64,000 nt of DNA from Pseudorhodobacter sp. (GTDB lineage Bacteria > Pseudomonadota > Alphaproteobacteria > Rhodobacterales > Rhodobacteraceae), in contig JANOGW010000049.1 of assembly GCA_031406155.1 (NCBI GenBank), positions 582 through 64,581 on the forward strand. Reading direction: 5' to 3'. The notes under the pieces are model-generated. The model was not told the origin of the DNA and did not search any database. It worked only from the letters and a program-made list of their open reading frames with translations. The stretch's first letter is position 1, and the number at the start of each line of letters is the position of its first letter. Below, one piece after another: positions 61,749 to 64,000 of this stretch. The position numbers were made by a program, and so were the translations under genes.

Positions 61749-64000
61749 TCAGTTTGCGGCCTCCAGACGCGCCAGCTCTGCGGTGACCACTGCCATGAAG
61801 GGCGGCGGATTGGCAGGATCCACCATTTTTTCCACGACTCGGAACTGCGCCAGCGCCTGCGGGCCCCGCCCAAGGGCTGCGTAGGTCGCGGCCAGATGGT
61901 ATTGCACGGCTGCGTCATCTTGCAGGGCTGCGGCAGCGGGTTCAAGGTATCGCAGCGCCTCGTCATGATTGCCAAGACGGTGCGCGATCCAGCCATAGGT
62001 ATCCTGGAAGGCGGGCACTTGCGTGCCGCGCAGGCGCCGGGCGATCACCTCGGCGCGGGCCAGACTGGCGGCATCTTCGCGGTGGCTGACCAGCAACGAG
62101 GCCAGGTTGTTGGCCACAAGGGGCCTGCTGCTGTCGCGGGCATAAAGCGTCTCGTAGATCGCAATGGCCCCGTCGATATCGCCGCCCTGTTCCAGCACGC
62201 CGGCTTTGCGCAGATTGAGCGCAAGACTGTCGGGCAGGGCGGCAATCGCTGCGTCCAGCACGGTATTTGCCCCGGCACTGTCGCCCCGGCGCAGGCCAAG
62301 CTCGAACAGTGCCGTCCAGGCCCGTTCGTCCTTGCCATCCTCGGTCACAAGTGCGCGGTAGACGGCTTCGGCCTCGTCGAACCTGTCATCCGTGGCCAGT
62401 ACTGCGGCGCGCAAAAAGCGCAGATCCGGGTCGTCCGGTGCAGCTTTCAGGGCGGTGTCGACATGGCCAAGGGCGGCGGCGAAGTCGCCCCGGTCGATGT
62501 GCGACTGCACGATGGCGGCATCGACGGCGATGCCATTCGCAGAACCGGCATCGCGCTTCATCGCATCAAGAAACGCCAGCAGATCCTCGGTGCGGTTCTG
62601 GCCTGCCAGACGCTGTGCGGTCAATTCATCCGCCGATCTGCGGGCATCTTCAGTGTCGAAACTTCGCAGGGTTTCAACCACCCGGTCAACCCGGCTCCAG
62701 TCTTGCAGGCGCAGATAAATGCCCGCCAGCGTTGTCAGCAAAACGGTGTTCTGCGGCTGCTGGCGCAGGGCGGCAAGCACGGCATCCTCGGCCGGCAAAA
62801 GCCGGTCATTGGCGGCCAGAAACGCCGCATAGCGCAATGCCTCGGGTGGGGCATAGCCAGAGGCATCGGCCGCCAGCGCCAGCATTTCACCCACCAGCTC
62901 GCGGTTGCCGTCGCGTTCATGCGCCTGCGCCATCAGCGTCATCAGGTCCGGATCACGCGGGGCGACGCCAAGGCCACTGCGCAGGGTTGCGATGGCATCC
63001 CCGGTCTTGTCTTCCCGGATCAGCCAGTCGGCTTTCAGCTTCAGCGCGGCCACCTCGGTCGGGTTCTCGACCAGCACCTCTTCGATGCGCGCCCGTGCCC
63101 GCGCGGTATCGCCGGTCTGCAGCAGCATCCGGGCCAGTGTCACCTTCAGATCACGGGTTTGCTGGCCAGCCCCGGCCCCCTTGATAAGCGCCTCCATATC
63201 GGCAATGGCGGCGTCCTGCTGACCGGCATCGAAATCAAGCCCGGTCCGGATGCCGCGCAAAAGCACCGTATCCGCCCCTCCCGCCGCAATCATCCGGTCA
63301 AGTTCGGCCCGTGCCGCGGGAAGCCCGCGCATGTCGCCCAGAAACCGGATCAGCTGGATCCTGGCATCCGGGCCCTCAGTGGCAGGGTCTATCTGACGGC
63401 GCAGATGCGCCTCGGCGCCATCAAGATTGCCCTGATCAACATACCAGCGCACCAGCGCCTGATGCATGTTGGCATCCTCGGGGTAGCGTGCCACCAGATC
63501 AATCAGCTGCGCCTCGACGCCGGCACTGTCGCCAAGCTGCTGCAACAAACCCAGCCGCACGGTATAAAGATCGCGCGCCTCCGGGTTGGCGGCAAGCCCG
63601 GCATTGGTCTGCGCCAATGCGCCGGCCCAGTCATTGGTGCGCAACAGATCGCGGATCACGATTCTGCGGGCCAGGATCAGGTCGGGCTGGGCGGCCACCA
63701 GCGCCTCGGCAGAAGTGCGCGCGGCGGTCTGTCCGACGGTGTCTTCAGCCTCCAGCGCCAGCTGATAGGCAAGCGTGGCGCTGACGGCCTGCACCCGCGG
63801 GTCGGTGGGGGCAAGATCTGCCGCCGCCATCCCATGGCGCATCGCCTCTTCGCGATTGCCGGTTTCCAGCGCCATTTCGACCAGCGCAAGACGGCCCTCA
63901 AGATCATCGGGGTATTGTTCGATCAGCCGCAGATACTGGCCGTAAGCTTCCTCCAGAAAACCACGGTCGCGCTGCAGCCCGGCATAGGTCTGGCGGGCCT
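61749..64000 (-). CDS. TPR-repeat protein, PrsT-like (5' end outside the window)
   Basis: Continuous TPR-like A/L/D/R-rich repeats. The reading frame stays open from the track start (63875) to the window edge, so the gene is N-terminally truncated here. Confidence 0.75.
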   Translation of the reverse strand, partial: ARQTYAGLQRDRGFLEEAYGQYLRLIEQYPDDLEGRLALVEMALETGNREEAMRHGMAAADLAPTDPRVQAVSATLAYQLALEAEDTVGQTAARTSAEALVAAQPDLILARRIVIRDLLRTNDWAGALAQTNAGLAANPEARDLYTVRLGLLQQLGDSAGVEAQLIDLVARYPEDANMHQALVRWYVDQGNLDGAEAHLRRQIDPATEGPDARIQLIRFLGDMRGLPAARAELDRMIAAGGADTVLLRGIRTGLDFDAGQQDAAIADMEALIKGAGAGQQTRDLKVTLARMLLQTGDTARARARIEEVLVENPTEVAALKLKADWLIREDKTGDAIATLRSGLGVAPRDPDLMTLMAQAHERDGNRELVGEMLALAADASGYAPPEALRYAAFLAANDRLLPAEDAVLAALRQQPQNTVLLTTLAGIYLRLQDWSRVDRVVETLRSFDTEDARRSADELTAQRLAGQNRTEDLLAFLDAMKRDAGSANGIAVDAAIVQSHIDRGDFAAALGHVDTALKAAPDDPDLRFLRAAVLATDDRFDEAEAVYRALVTEDGKDERAWTALFELGLRRGDSAGANTVLDAAIAALPDSLALNLRKAGVLEQGGDIDGAIAIYETLYARDSSRPLVANNLASLLVSHREDAASLARAEVIARRLRGTQVPAFQDTYGWIAHRLGNHDEALRYLEPAAAALQDDAAVQYHLAATYAALGRGPQALAQFRVVEKMVDPANPPPFMAVVTAELARLEAAN

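Overview
High-GC DNA (judged by eye) that looks alphaproteobacterial, possibly Rhodobacteraceae; that taxon call is inference. The window carries its own plasmid maintenance module, so it is most likely part of a large plasmid or chromid. The module has an RPA-type replication initiator, a perfect DnaA box, three iterons on a 22-bp register, and a divergent parA-parB pair. There are three functional blocks. (1) An exosortase/PEP-CTERM-type exopolysaccharide (EPS) locus is split into two arms. The left arm (69-6294) encodes an ExeA-like ATPase, a Wzz-type co-polymerase, a BY-kinase-like ATPase, a GT2 and an FrhB-like protein. The right arm (39790-64000) encodes a GT2, a type I secretion system (T1SS) followed by a beta-helix/LamG secreted protein, and an AsnB-like PP-loop enzyme. 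It also encodes a Wzy/O-antigen-ligase-like protein, acetyl-, sulfo- and pyruvyl-transferases, an SGNH hydrolase, a Wzx flippase and a GT4. It ends with an exosortase-EpsI fusion, an outer-membrane (OM) barrel, a Wza-like exporter and a partial PrsT-like TPR protein. (2) A ~28-kb orphan hybrid NRPS/PKS cluster spans 6479-34710. Its first megasynthase reads A-T-KS-AT-ACP-aminotransferase-C-A-T-TE. A formyltransferase-like/half-C/A(Gly-type)::luciferase-like-monooxygenase/T protein follows. The third megasynthase reads KS-AT-KR-DH-T-C-A-T-TE. The cluster also has an Sfp-type PPTase, a SAM methyltransferase, a membrane protein and an alpha/beta hydrolase. A lower-GC insert carrying a decayed RelB/DinJ antitoxin next to an apparently intact ParE toxin interrupts it. 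(3) The replicon block spans 35808-39758. The most unusual content is the NRPS/PKS line, with two TE-terminated synthetases, a beta-amination module primed by an amino acid, and an F-domain plus A::MOx combination, and its placement with an exosortase EPS system on one replicon. No rRNA, tRNA, CRISPR array, intact transposase or transcription-factor gene was recognised. All domain calls come from motifs read by eye; no searches were run.
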